A stretch of 40,665 nucleotides of DNA from Octopus sinensis (GCF_006345805.1 NW_021835739.1:1-40665); one strand, 5' to 3'; shown: positions 24,679 to 37,963, numbered from the stretch's first letter. Numbers and translations are program-made. Notes: generated by a model not told the origin, from the letters alone.

Positions 24679-25434
24679 TGACCTTGTGTATAAGTTAGAA
24701 ACTATTATGTAGCTTTATCAGAAAATGTTTTAAGCTTTTTAAGCCTACCTTATACTTCTAGGCTTTAAAACTCTCAAATAATTTTAGAGTTCATGGCCCC
24801 ACGGTTTAGAAACTGTATAAAACCGATTTCGACCCCACTGTCTCTCATTTAGCCGCTTCATAATCAGAACGCTCAGTATCTTTTGTGATAAACCAACCAA
24901 TCAGTATTATTTATTCTAGTATTTGATTGATTAGCGAATCACCTGAGACAACGTTTCGGAGTTACTAACTTCACCAAAAGTAATTGAGACTCACCAGCGC
25001 GATATGAAACTCATAAAATCTTTTATCATTTGTTTTATTTTATCAATTGTTTCATTGCCGACCTTTTCTATCTCAAATATATTTTCTATCTCAAACATAC
25101 ATGCACATAAAAAGATGTCGTGTCATTACTGTCTTCTCCTTTTCTCATAAAAATTTGTGAAGAAGTGGCTTACGAGCCTTGCCCTGAGTGGCTCGATGTA
25201 AAGAAAACAAATTTACTTCAGATCTAAATCCTAGAACTTCCTTTGTTTTCTCTGTATTCTTTTTTTTTGTTTTTTTTCGAGTTTAGAAACCGTTGGGATT
25301 AACAACTCCACCCCTTAATTACTTTAAGACAGCAGGACTGAAAACCTATTCCAATTTAAAAGTAATTAATTATTGTAGCTTATGGTCTGTTACAAAGTTT
25401 TCCATTATGGCAAACAACAAAAAGGACAAGAAGA

Positions 25435-25437
<3 letters not shown>

Positions 25438-25518
<81 letters not shown>

Positions 25519-25528
25519 ACTAATATTC

Positions 25529-25562
<34 letters not shown>

Positions 25563-25692
25563 AACTACTACTACTACTACTATACTACTACTACTACTAC
25601 TAATACTAATACTACTACTACTACCACCACCACCACCGCCGCCGCCGCCGCCGCCACCACCATCACCACCTCCACTACTACTACTACCACCT
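25438..25692. repeat. Compound microsatellite (CTA)/(CTG)/(CCA)/(CCG)
   Basis: Read directly from the sequence. Confidence 0.95.
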
Positions 25693-26008
25693 ATGTGCGT
25701 GTGCGTACCACATTAGTGTTTTGGTAAATTTCATGCTGTCCTTAGATTGTTAATGTTTCATTAAAATTAATATCGGCTAAACTCACCATTTTTAGGAATT
25801 TACATGAAACGTCGAGAAGACAGGAACTTTTGCTTCGGTTAATTCAAAACTTCAAAAAAGACAAAAGAAAAAGAAAAGGAAAAAGAGAAGGAGAAGTCTG
25901 ATGCAAGAAATGCTGCGTTATTCTACCAATTATTGAATAAATGAAGAAACTTCAAGTTTTACTTTAGCAACACATTAAAAAAATTGGACTTTAATTGGTT
26001 TAACTCGC

Positions 26009-26150
26009 ACACACACACACACACAGAAACACACACACAGAAACACACACACAGAAACACACACACAGAAACACACACACAGAAACACACACACAGAAAC
26101 ACACACACAGAAACACACACACACAAACACATACACACACACACACAGAA

Positions 26151-26181
<31 letters not shown>

Positions 26182-26190
26182 CACACAAAC
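26009..26190. repeat. (CA)n-derived minisatellite with 12-14-bp ACACACACAGAA units
   Basis: Periodic 'agaa' interruptions in (CA)n. Confidence 0.85.
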
Positions 26191-27173
26191 CAAAATTTTG
26201 TGTGGTACTTTGTAATTCATTTAGGATTTATTATAGCGCAACGACATTCGGCTAAATTGTTGCGATTAAATATATAAATTAATTAAAAATAATAAAAAAA
26301 AGGATTGGTTTTAAACTTCATTTTGTGTCGCCAGTGTATTTTAGTTAATTGCTTATATGAGAATGTTGTAAATAAACACGGCCATGCAGCAATGTTCCAT
26401 CATATTGTAAGGCTAAACACACAAACAAAGCGAACGCATGAAAATTAAAGCCGTACACTTGAAATATTCCACTGTTTAGACTCGCTTCCAAAATGGCTGA
26501 TGAAGGGAGAAAAAAATACTTGAAACAAACCTGAAAATACAAGCTGAAACAAACCAGTTGTTAGTGAACTGTGAACAAAAGATAATTAGCAGTAATCTAA
26601 TCTAGCCGAAAAATGGTGCTTTAAATAATAATGTACACAGAAACTCGCAGTGAAATGGGAAATAAAATAGTTTTTACGTATAGTCATGTGTAAACTATAT
26701 TAGGAAAGTCGCCATACACTAGTCCTTCCGCCATATATGTGCTGTATGCATATTACTTATACACACACAAGTATACACTCACATGTATGTATGTATGTAT
26801 GTATGTATGTATGTATGTATGTATGTATGTATGTAGTATGTATGTATGTATGTATAGGCAAACACTAATGAATCTAAATATGCGTGAGCATGCGTATGCG
26901 TCTGTATATGCATGTATAATATGCGTGTGTGTGTGTATGTGAGAGAATGCGTGCGTTTGTGTATGCTTCATATTTGTGTGGGTGGGTGTATCTGTACACA
27001 CACACATATATATGCACAAACATACACACGTATATATATATATATATGTACACACACACACGTACACTTATACAGTAATTATGAATTCACATGTATTTAT
27101 GTGATACATGCATTGAATATATATATATATTTGTATGTATATGTGTCTATGAGAATGCACACATAATGATGTG

Positions 27174-27205
<32 letters not shown>

Positions 27206-27211
27206 TGTATG

Positions 27212-27242
<31 letters not shown>

Positions 27243-28886
27243 GTATATATATATATATATATGTATGTATATGTCTGTATATATATATGTATATACACAC
27301 GTAAATATATTTCCATCCATGTGTCTATATACATTGTACAGTGCCCTAGATTGAAGTTAGATGATAAACTTTTGAAGAGGGACGCGTTAGTCAACATGAA
27401 AGCTATTAAATCACTTACAAAACATCAAAAGTCACTGAACCAAATATTAAATTTCCACTTCAATGATCAAGACAGAAGAACATTTTCAGAATTCCATTAC
27501 ACTTGCAGTTTTTATTGTTTCTTTTCACTCTCCCACACCGCCCACTCTCACCCTCCTCCTCTCTGTATTTGTCTGTCTTTCCTTTTTCCTTTTCACCCCT
27601 TCTGTCTGTCTCAATCTCTCTCCCTCTCTCTCTCTTTGTTTCTTTGTCTCTCCTCGCTGGCATCTATCACTTCCTCACGACTATTTAAGCAGCCACCAAA
27701 AGTTGCAGTTGTGAAATATTTCTGTCTCCGCAATATTTTGACATCGACTTATTTGATGCAATCATTGTTGCGTTACTGCCACTGCGCCTCCTCTGCTGAC
27801 CGACACACGCGCACATGCTGCCGTGAATTTATGCCAGTCTTCCAAACAATAACGACAAACACACGACTAAGCATATACACACAAACACACACACACACAT
27901 ACACACAAACCAAAATTTTGTGTGGTACTTTGTAATTCATTTAGGATTTATTATAGCGCAACGACATTCGGCTAAATTGTTGCGATTAATATATAAATTA
28001 ATTAAAAATAATAAAAAAAAGGATTGGTTTTAAACTTCATTTTGTGTCGCCAGTGTATTTTAGTTAATTGCTTATATGAGAATGTTGTAAATAAACACGG
28101 CCATGCAGCAATGTTCCATCATATTGTAAGGCTAAACACACAAACAAAGCGAACGCATGAAAATTAAAGCCGTACACTTGAAATATTCCACTGTTTAGAC
28201 TCGCTTCCAAAATGGCTGATGAAGGGAGAAAAAAATACTTGAAACAAACCTGAAAATACAAGCTGAAACAAACCAGTTGTTAGTGAACTGTGAACAAAAG
28301 ATAATTAGCAGTAATCTAATCTAGCCGAAAAATGGTGCTTTAAATAATAATGTACACAGAAACTCGCAGTGAAATGGGAAATAAAATAGTTTTTACGTAT
28401 AGTCATGTGTAAACTATATTAGGAAAGTCGCCATACACTAGTCCTTCCGCCATATATGTGCTGTATGCATATTACTTATACACACAAGTATACACTCACA
28501 TGTATGTATGTATGTATGTATGTATGTATGTAGTATGTATGTATGTAGTATGTATGTATATGTATGTATAGGCAAACACTAATGAATCTAAATATGCGTG
28601 AGCATGCGTATGCGTCTGTATATGCATGTATAATATGCGTGTGTGTGTGTATGTGAGAGAATGCGTGCGTTTGTGTATGCTTCATATTTGTGTGGGTGGG
28701 TGTATCTGTACACACACACATATATATGCACAAACATACACACGTATATATATATATATGTACACACACCACACGTACACTTATACAGTAATTATGAATT
28801 CACATGTATTTATGTGATACATGCATTGAATATATATATATATTTGTATGTATATGTGTCTATGAGAATGCACACATAATGATGTG

Positions 28887-28918
<32 letters not shown>

Positions 28919-28924
28919 TGTATG

Positions 28925-28955
<31 letters not shown>

Positions 28956-29610
28956 GTATATATATATATATATATGTATGTATATGTCTGTATATATATA
29001 TGTATATACACACGTAAATATATTTCCATCCATGTGTCTATATACATTGTACAGTGCCCTAGATTGAAGTTAGATGATAAACTTTTGAAGAGGGACGCGT
29101 TAGTCAACATGAAAGCTATTAAATCACTTACAAAACATCAAAAGTCACTGAACCAAATATTAAATTTCCACTTCAATGATCAAGACAGAAGAACATTTTC
29201 AGAATTCCATTACACTTGCAGTTTTTATTGTTTCTTTTCACTCTCCCACACCGCCCACTCTCACCCTCCTCCTCTCTGTATTTGTCTGTCTTTCCTTTTT
29301 CCTTTTCACCCCTTCTGTCTGTCTCAATCTCTCTCCCTCTCTCTCTCTTTGTTTCTTTGTCTCTCCTCGCTGGCATCTATCACTTCCTCACGACTATTTA
29401 AGCAGCCACCAAAAGTTGCAGTTGTGAAATATTTCTGTCTCCGCAATATTTTGACATCGACTTATTTGATGCAATCATTGTTGCGTTACTGCCACTGCGC
29501 CTCCTCTGCTGACCGACACACGCGCACATGCTGCCGTGAATTTATGCCAGTCTTCCAAACAATAACGACAAACACACGACTAAGCATATACACACACAAA
29601 CACACACACA
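26170..29610 (+). repeat. Tandem duplication, two copies of ~1.71-1.72 kb
   Basis: 'ccaaaattttgtgtgg' at 26190 and 27910; ORF-track entries repeat at offsets 1713-1719; junctions lie in (CA)n tracts near 26170, 27890 and 29600. Confidence 0.95.
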
Positions 29611-29634
29611 CACATACATACATACATACATACA

Positions 29635-29669
<35 letters not shown>

Positions 29670-29793
29670 GTGTATGTATGTACTTTTATGAATGAATTAA
29701 AGACAAGAGTACAGGGTGATTGATTACATGTCAGTTATTTTCCTTTATTTAATCACTTAAATATACAAATTAAAAAGTATTATAAGAATAGTC

Positions 29794-30009
29794 TAAGGTG
29801 TCGAGTTGGCGGAACCGTTAGCGTGCCGGGCCAGATGCTTAGTGACATTTTGCTCATCTTTACGTTCTGAGTTCAAATACCGCTGGCCTCGACTTCGTCT
29901 TTCATCCTTTCAGGTTCGATAAAATAAGTAGCAATTGAACAGTGGCGTTGATGTAATCGATTTATGCCCTTCCCCCGAAATTGCTGGCCTTGTGCCAAAA
30001 TTTGAAACC
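29794..30009 (+). mobile_element. tRNA-derived SINE
   Basis: 'taaggtgtcgagttggcggaaccgttagc..ttctgagttcaaatacc..ggccttgtgccaaaatttgaaacc'. Confidence 0.85.
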
Positions 30010-31349
30010 AATATCAAAGCCTCTTGATGTACATGTCCGACCTGGTCGTTGATTCCCCGCTGTGTCACCAACAGTTAAATAACAGAGTTAAATAACTGAG
30101 TTATTTAACAAACGTCAACATTTTATTGTAGTTCACTGTACTCGACTAAAACTGATCTCTTGTGTTCTTTCAGTGCTTCAAACAGAAAAGACCCACACAC
30201 TCATCCACGCTTTTGTTAATTTCCACATTTTTTTCTTTACCGTTTTTTGTTCTTTCCTTTTAAAGAGAAGTACCGATCATATTTTTGTTTCTTTCGATAT
30301 CATTGCTTTCATTACGTTTGTTTATAACAGTTGTAAATGCTATTATTTCCTTTATATTTTGTATTTCGATGTAACATTCCTTATTGGCGCAAGATTTGCC
30401 CGTCCGAATCTTGTTATCATTAAACAACAAGAAGTAGTCTGTCTGACGCCAGACAGACAGATATGCAACAGGAGGAAAACAACAACCCAAACAAAACAGA
30501 CCAAAACAAAAACACACCAAAAACACATAATGATACAAAGATTCCATTGAATGGTTGCATTGAAACAGCTTTTGAAGGAATCGAATACTTTGGACAAGAG
30601 AGAAAACTCGCTTCTTTTGTCTTTTAGCTGAAGCAATTGGTAAAGAAACTGGAAGATTGGAATCTTCGTAGAAAATTACTTGTTAGCATTCTTAAGGTAT
30701 TGCTTATTTGTTTGTTTGTTTTGTTGCTCTTAGTATTTATTGTTCTTTTTCTATAAGGAATCAAGCAGAAAGGAGAATGAATGGTGAGAGAATGGAATAA
30801 TAACAGACTGACAAGTTATCATGATGAAATAAAGAAAAAAAAAAGAATTTGGTGGAAATGAATATAAAAGGCGACAGAAAAATAACGACGTAATGCTTAG
30901 CAAAAATATTTTTTGAATAAAAAAATTGAAAAAAAAAAAAAAAGGAAAAGAAATCAGAAAAGTAAAAAGAAAAAGGAAGAAAGAAAGTCCGAAAGAATGA
31001 GTGAATGATAAGAAAATGACAACATATGTTGTTGTGATTGGAAACGGCAAAGAAATTAATGCCTCGATGTTTCCTTAGGGAAGTTGGCGATGCTACGCTT
31101 TCTATTACAAACAAGATATCCAAAAGAAAGTGTTTTGCTAGAAATCTTATCTATTTTCATACTATTGCAGCCATTATTGTCGCTGGTAGCTTTCAGAAAT
31201 TCTTCTTCGCAGAATCGAAACGAAATAAAATAGAAAACAGTTGCGATTATATTTATTTGTTTATTTCTTTATTTTTAATATTTAGATCGAATTTTTGTTT
31301 TTTAAACTGCAAATGACGGAGGTTTTATTACAATTTCTATGTTAGTTTG

Positions 31350-31386
<37 letters not shown>

Positions 31387-31417
31387 TTACTACTACTACT
31401 ACTACTACTACTACTAT

Positions 31418-31461
<44 letters not shown>

Positions 31462-31812
31462 ATGCTGCTGCTGCTGCTGCTACTACTACTATTACTACTA
31501 CTAGGAATAGCAATAAAATCGTAATAATAATACCAGTACGAACAACAACAACAACAACAGCAACAATAACGATACAAATAATAATAATAAAAATCAGAAT
31601 AAATCTAATCCTGTTTTTCTTATTGCCACCAGAGCAGGCCCCACTCATGCGTAGAAAACGTGATACCAAAAAGGTTTAAAGGACATGTGAGAATGTTCAA
31701 TACGTACATACATACATACATACATACAGACAGACAAACATATGTATATGTATGTGTTGATATATACATGCATGCATATATATATATATGTGTGTGTATA
31801 TATATACAGATA

Positions 31813-31862
<50 letters not shown>

Positions 31863-32842
31863 TATATATATATACATATATATATATACATACATATATA
31901 CATATATAGATATACAAGAACACACATACGCACACATACATATAAATAAATGAATATATATATATAAATACATACACACACATATATAAAATATATGAAG
32001 TGCAGGGAAAGGAGGTAAGTGATGTTAATATTTAATATGATACAAAAAAGTAGACGAATACGCATAGACATACACCTACGCATACGTCTAGAAATGAATA
32101 AGAACATCCTACCAATATACACAATGCATACAGTTCCATATGAGCCTTCCTACCCGACATAGGGTATCTCACTTTAGCTGATAGCTAGAGTTACATCTAC
32201 TTCTATTTTTGTGGGTGGTGGGATACAAGGAAAGCTTCTGTACCTTTAGAAATCGACAGACAGTGCACTTTTCTTCTTTCGAACATTTATGTGACCGCTT
32301 CTTTCAAAACCGTGCTCGTTCTCGTTTTCTTTCACTTAGCTGATCTATAAATAGCGTTGCAGGTAACGTTGAAAAAGGCTGAGGATAGTTCTGAAATTTG
32401 TTGTTGATTTAAAAATTTCAGATTTAATTTCCTTTTGGAAAACCGTTCGTGTGAGTGTTGTTGTTGTTACTGTTGTTAACCGTATCATTATGGTTGTTCA
32501 TATTAGTGTTATTATCTTGTGAATATCATTTTTTCTCCCATTGAAAGTGCGTTTTGCGATGCATTCCCGTTAATTTACTGTTTTTTTCCTCTTTTTATTT
32601 TCGTATAATGTGTAGTTGTGCTCCTTTGCAATATTTTTTAGCTGCGTTTCTCTGAGTAGAAGATATTTCGAGCATTTGTTAAAAAAGAAAGAAAAATAGA
32701 AAAATTTCTAATTTCTCTTTATAACCGTTTCCGCAAGAAAAATAAAATCTTATTGTAAGAAGAAAAATAGAAAAGAAATTTAAAATCCAAATTGAAGTTA
32801 TATGTAAAGGATCTTATCACGAAGAGATTAAATAAAAAAATC

Positions 32843-32989
32843 ATCATCGTCATCATTATCATCGTCATTATCATCATCGTCATCATCGCCATCATCATCG
32901 TCATCATCATCTTCACCATCACCACTATCGTCGTCGTCGTCGTCATCATCATCATCATCATCACAATCATCTTTTTTCTCCTTTTCTTA

Positions 32990-33063
<74 letters not shown>

Positions 33064-33082
33064 ATAATAATAATAATATAAT
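32843..33082. repeat. Compound microsatellite (CAT)/(CGT) to (CTA)n to (TAA)n
   Basis: Read directly from the sequence. Confidence 0.95.
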
Positions 33083-33087
33083 GATAT

Positions 33088-33565
33088 GCCCGGAGACCAG
33101 ACATTGTTGTAATGATTCAGTACTTCATGTTCGGAGACCAGACGTTGTTTGCAGTGGAACAAAGTGATGAAGGAAACCAAGATTATAGACATTGCCATGT
33201 CTAAAGATGTATGAGTGGCTAATAAAGAATGGAAAAGATTGAGAAGTATAAGCTTAAGCCACTAAAAAGTGAGGTTGCACGAATGTGGGCAATAAAGAAA
33301 GCGACTTTCAAGCCAGTAGTTGTAGGGGCGCTGGGAGTATGAGCAATCAGATTTGAAAAACATGATGGAGAAATTGGGACTGACGAGAGGGTAGAAGATG
33401 CTGAGAAATAAAGATGCTTTATTGAGGACAGTGAAGATTTTGAGAATGGTACTTGGGTGTTAAGAACCGTAGAAAGAGGCCCCCTGAGGTCCTTGACAAC
33501 AGGCTGTTGTCCTCGCTTACAGAATGAACCGGAGCAAGTGAAATCGAGAGCTCTGGGAAGTGAAA
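33088..33565 (+). mobile_element. 5'-truncated R4/Dong-clade LINE 3' end, same family as 1059-2094
   Basis: ARRPDIVV..KETKIIDIA..EKY..LKSEVARMWAIKKATFKPVVVGALG; 3' UTR 'tgttgtcc..agaat.aa...ga.caagt.aaa..gaga.ctctg' matches 2030-2090; begins a few bases after (TAA)n. Confidence 0.8.
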
Positions 33566-33586
33566 TGGAAATAACTCTGTTACACC

Positions 33587-33848
33587 TTTTACTTGTTTCA
33601 GTCATTTGACTATGGCCATGCTGGAGCCTCCCCTCTCCACGCCACCAGTGTTATCCAAGATAAAGGCAAAGGCCGATATGCCTTGGCACCAGTGATGTCG
33701 CAACTCATTTCTACAGCCGAGTGAACCGGAGCAACGTGAAATAAAGTATCTTGCTCAAGAATACAACACGCAGCCCGGTCCAGGATTCGAACTCACAACC
33801 TCACGATCGTAAGCTCGACGCTCTAATTACCGAGCCATGCGCCTTCAC
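33587..33848 (-). mobile_element. Full-length tRNA-headed CORE-like SINE
   Basis: Minus: A-box-like 'tggctcggtaattag', B-box 'gagttcgaatcc', central 'cttgagcaagatactt..ctgtagaaatgag', tail shared with 15471-15616; (AAT)n upstream. Confidence 0.8.
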
Positions 33849-33913
<65 letters not shown>

Positions 33914-34160
33914 TATAATAATGATAACACGTATTGAGAAGAGCATTGTCGATGTGAGAACTGTTGCTGCTCATGTATTTTAATTTAACTTTAAAAAAAA
34001 AAATGAACGAACTACTGAGTTTGGTTTAATGGCCTACCAATATATACTATGAGTTTCTTTGCCCTAGGAGTCGGGAAGACACTCGGCAAGAAATGGAAGC
34101 AAATTTGAAAGAAGAAAAAAAAAAGTAATAATAATGATAATAATAATAATAATAATAACA

Positions 34161-34514
34161 ACAAGCGCACTGAGAGAGCGCAAACCTCCGCTAAAACAAC
34201 GATTAGCCAGAGAAGATTTTTAAAATGAGAATATCTGAAACAAACTTGACTGCTCTCAGAAACGAGAATACCAAAAATGAACCCGACCGCTCTCAAAAAT
34301 TAAGTTACAAAAAACCGGAAAAAATAATCCAGTATCTTTGTCCAGTACCGGATCGATTCCAAAATTTAATCAGTACGTGCCAGTCACGAGGATAAACATC
34401 CCTGAAAGTTTCACTCGAATCCATACGGCAGTTCTTGAGATAGTTTGTCCACGGATAAACAAACAAACACGACTGAAAACAATACCCCCGCCTTAGCGAT
34501 GAAGCTTCGCAAGG
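34161..34514 (+). mobile_element. HINE-like element, copy 2
   Basis: Colinear with 432-804; ACCTCCGC at 34184-34191; 3' hairpin CCTTAGCGA..TCGCAAGG; preceded by (TAA)n. Confidence 0.6.
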
Positions 34515-34879
34515 TTTTCCCTCAAATTCTCCCGCACAAGTCTCAATGATACAATGATAATTGACAGGGCCTGGTAATTTCTTTACCAGCATTTGAAAAC
34601 CTCATACTTCCAATTAGGAAAACATTTTCTTTTACATTTAAACTTATTTTAAAAATTCTGATATCAAATGGGAATTCCATATTCATTACGGAACACTGTG
34701 TTCTCGAACGTTCATAATATCTGGTTCGTTATGTCCTATTATCCCTTAGGTTTATATAGAAAATCTCCTAAGAGCATCACATCTTCTTATCAAGGACTTT
34801 CATTTCTGTACCCAAAATATTGTAGCCGCTTTCTTCTGCGTATTTTGAGCAAATTCCTTTGCCGAATTATACGGCTGTG

Positions 34880-35830
34880 ATTAACAGAACTTACCTAATA
34901 CAGGCGGACAAGTTAACTGTTATGTGGAAACTGTTGATAAAGAGAATTGTAAAAAAAGATTCACCAACGCGAGAAACATTTAATATCTGACGAACAGAAA
35001 GATTCTTGAAACAAAAGAAAGAAAAAAAAGAACAAGTGTACGAAAGACCAATTAATAACCGATAAGATTGCCTTGGAGAATTGCAGAAAAAGAATGTGAA
35101 ATACGTTTTTCAGAGATTGATAGTGAAAAGCACATATGACCTAGTCTCGCATGGGTGGTTTAAGCTTTATCTGGAACTGTTGTAAATCTGGGAAAGGATT
35201 AGATACCCGTTAGAAAATACAAGAGTTATGAGGAGGAGGAGAGAGATTAGCAGATATACAGATTAGAAGAGAGGTACCTTTCAAGGTGATATGCTTTCTC
35301 CTAACTTGTTTGTAACAACATTGATTTCTGTCGATTATTCTAAATAAAAGCAAAGACAAAAATCAATAGTTTGTAGCGAGATTGGAAAGATGTTAAGCAA
35401 CCAGAAATGTGCTGGAATGGATCTACATGGTAGAAAGATAGTAAATGATAGTAAGAACACCAAATCTTTAAATGTAGAAGAAGCAGGTAAATATTTTCGA
35501 AGAGTGGAAAACAATCAAAAGTATAGAAAGAAAGGAAGTCTCCAGTAAAAATAATTCCAGGAAATGGGGAGGATTTTAAAATCCAAACTGAACGCGAGAT
35601 ATATATACTATCCCGAAGATACAGGGGTGGTGTATGTCGGGGTTTGTCAGCTTGATGGATGCAAGGCCGTTTCAGATTTGGTTAGCAACCTCAACAGAGA
35701 CGATATTTCGATAAGATCGATTTACAGACACATATAAGAAGAGTGACATCAAGTTTAAACTACCACGGGGTGATGGTGTACTCTTAAAGTCAATATCCTT
35801 ATATCATGTGAAACTTGAAAAACAACAGCG
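34880..35830 (+). mobile_element. Highly decayed R4/Dong-type RT region
   Basis: Piecewise motifs MWKL, DEQK, KDQL, LENCRKR, AYDLVSHGW, FQGDMLSPNLF, ILKSKLN, SDI..LPRGDG..LKSI in correct RT order; many indels; boundaries approximate. Confidence 0.65.
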
Positions 35831-35872
35831 TGAATAAGGATAAATAAGGATAAATTTTAGTGATAATTTCCC

Positions 35873-36108
35873 TATTTCTTTATTGCCCACAAGGGGCTAA
35901 ACATAGAGGGGACAAACAAGGACAGACAAAGGGATTAAGTCGATTACATCGACGCCAGTACACAACTGGTACTTAATCTATCGACTCCGAAAGGTCTTAA
36001 AGGCGAAGTCGACCTCGGCGGAGTTTGAACTCAGAACGTAACGGCAGACGAAATACCGCTAAGCATTTCGCCCGGCGCGCTAACATTCCTGCCAGCTCGC
36101 CACCTTGC
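35873..36108 (-). mobile_element. Full-length monomeric tRNA-derived SINE with 12-bp TSD
   Basis: TGATAATTTCCC at 35861-35872 and 36109-36120; intact head, B-box and tail. Confidence 0.9.
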
Positions 36109-36728
36109 TGATAATTTCCCGTTCGCTAAGTGTTCAGCGGTAGAGCATCGCAGACTCAATCTTCATTCGGTTATTGTAGTACGCAAAATGAAGTAAAAGA
36201 ATAAAGTGAAAGAGAGTTACGGAATGATTAGAAGTGAGACAAGGAAGAACAGAAACTAGAAAAGATTGCTGAACAAATTCGTAAATAGATGCACGAAACA
36301 GTGACTAAGATTAGACTCGCATCCACTCACGAGTTTATTCTGGTCTGGCGGCCGATATGTAGAGTCAATCACTAATACTCACTGATTTCTTATAAAGCGA
36401 GCTTCGATTTCCACTCGGGTCTGATTTGGCTCTCCTTTGGTATCTGGTACCGACAAAAAGTGAGAGTTCGAAATGCATGAGTTCATCAACCCAACAGAGG
36501 GCGCTTTAAGCTGACTTTGATGTTTTTGACACTTTTTTGTCTTAAGCAAGAGACTTTTTTTCCTTTATGACAAGATGCATTGAAAAAAATTTTTCAAAAT
36601 TATCTGAACTGAATTTAAGCTTGTTCACACACACACACACACACACACCACACACACACACACACACACAGACACACACACACACACACACACGCACACA
36701 CACACACACACACCACACACACACCACA

Positions 36729-36763
<35 letters not shown>

Positions 36764-36766
<3 letters not shown>

Positions 36767-36887
36767 TTGGAATTTAGAAAGGAACAAAACAAAAGACGAA
36801 GACGGATGTGTAAACAACAAACAGATGTATTAGTTTAACCAAGGTGGAAAAATATAGTACTCGAATACCGAAGGTAGAGTAATATGC
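36764..36887. repeat. Junction of two interspersed-repeat fragments
   Basis: 36764-36838 matches 14284-14350; 36841-36887 matches 24633-24678. Confidence 0.7.
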
Positions 36888-36929
36888 TTTTTTTTTATTA
36901 TAGCTTCAAAAATATCACAATAAAAAATG

Positions 36930-37098
36930 CTACCTACCTACCTACATATCAGCCTACCTACCTACCTACCTACCTACCTACCTACCTACCTACCTACCTA
37001 CCTACCTATCTACCTACCTACCTACCTACATACATACATACATACATACATACATACATACATACATACATACATACATACATACCTACCTACCTACC
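36930..37098. repeat. (CCTA)n-(CATA)n-(CCTA)n compound microsatellite
   Basis: Read directly from the sequence. Confidence 0.95.
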
Positions 37099-37963
37099 TA
37101 CCTACCTACCTACCTACAGAGTCATACATTTATGTTCTTGTATTTCTGTGTAGAAAAAAAAAACAGAATTATATTTTTTGATTACACCAATTACATGTAT
37201 GTACACACACAAATACAAACAACAACACACACATACACACACTGCACACACACAGAGATAGAGACACGCACCCACACATACCCAGCAAGGTGTTCTTGAT
37301 TCCAAGATGTTCTCCGTCTGTGGCATGCAGCATCAGTTTATCGTTCTTGTCTTTGCCGCTCATAGAATTGCTACTTCTGATTTGAGGAGGACAAAAGCGT
37401 ATGTTATTGGGTTCGAGTCTCATTCAGTGTCGCCTCCTTCGCTGCTTACAATCGCCGCCGCCAACGGAGACGTCGTCATCGGTTGTTGCCATCGTCATTG
37501 TCGGAATCATCGGTGTCTTCAGTCTCTGAAACCACCACCACCTATCTCCCCTCTCTATCATCATCATCATCATCATCATCATCACTAGTCAGCTGTGTTC
37601 ATGCAGATACATATACAAACCCTCACGCGCGTAGATGTATGTGCTTGTGTGTGTGTGCTGTGTATGTGTATGTATATGTATAAATGCATCTGTGTCTGTG
37701 TGTGTTTCTGTTTGTGTGTGCGTGTGTGTGTGTATATGTGTGTATGCATATAATGATTCGATTTAAAGAAAAATGTATTGACTGAAACAAATAGACGGAG
37801 GTTCAAGACGGAATAAGACTGCAAGAAATAGACTGACAAATAAATAGAGAGAGAGAGAGACAGAGCGATGGATAGACAGAATGATAGAAAGACAGATAGA
37901 TAGACTGATAGATAGAAAGATAGAAAGAAAGATAAACAGACAAGTAAATAGAGAGATAGAGTG

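Noticed and set aside
24940-24980. Minus-strand 'tggtgaagttagtaactccgaaacgttgtc' as a hammerhead
   Set aside because: CUGANGA core is absent; at most a decayed relic.
25990-26190. Periodic arrays as CRISPR or a coding repeat
   Set aside because: No unique spacers or cas genes; eukaryotic (CA)n-derived minisatellite.
27261-29723. 224-aa and 249-aa ORFs as duplicated genes
   Set aside because: They run through (TA), (CT) and (CATA) tracts, lack recognisable motifs, and repeat only because of the tandem duplication.
32005-32022. Perfect donor GAG|GTAAGT near 32013-32021
   Set aside because: No plausible upstream acceptor or open exon; preceded by microsatellite.
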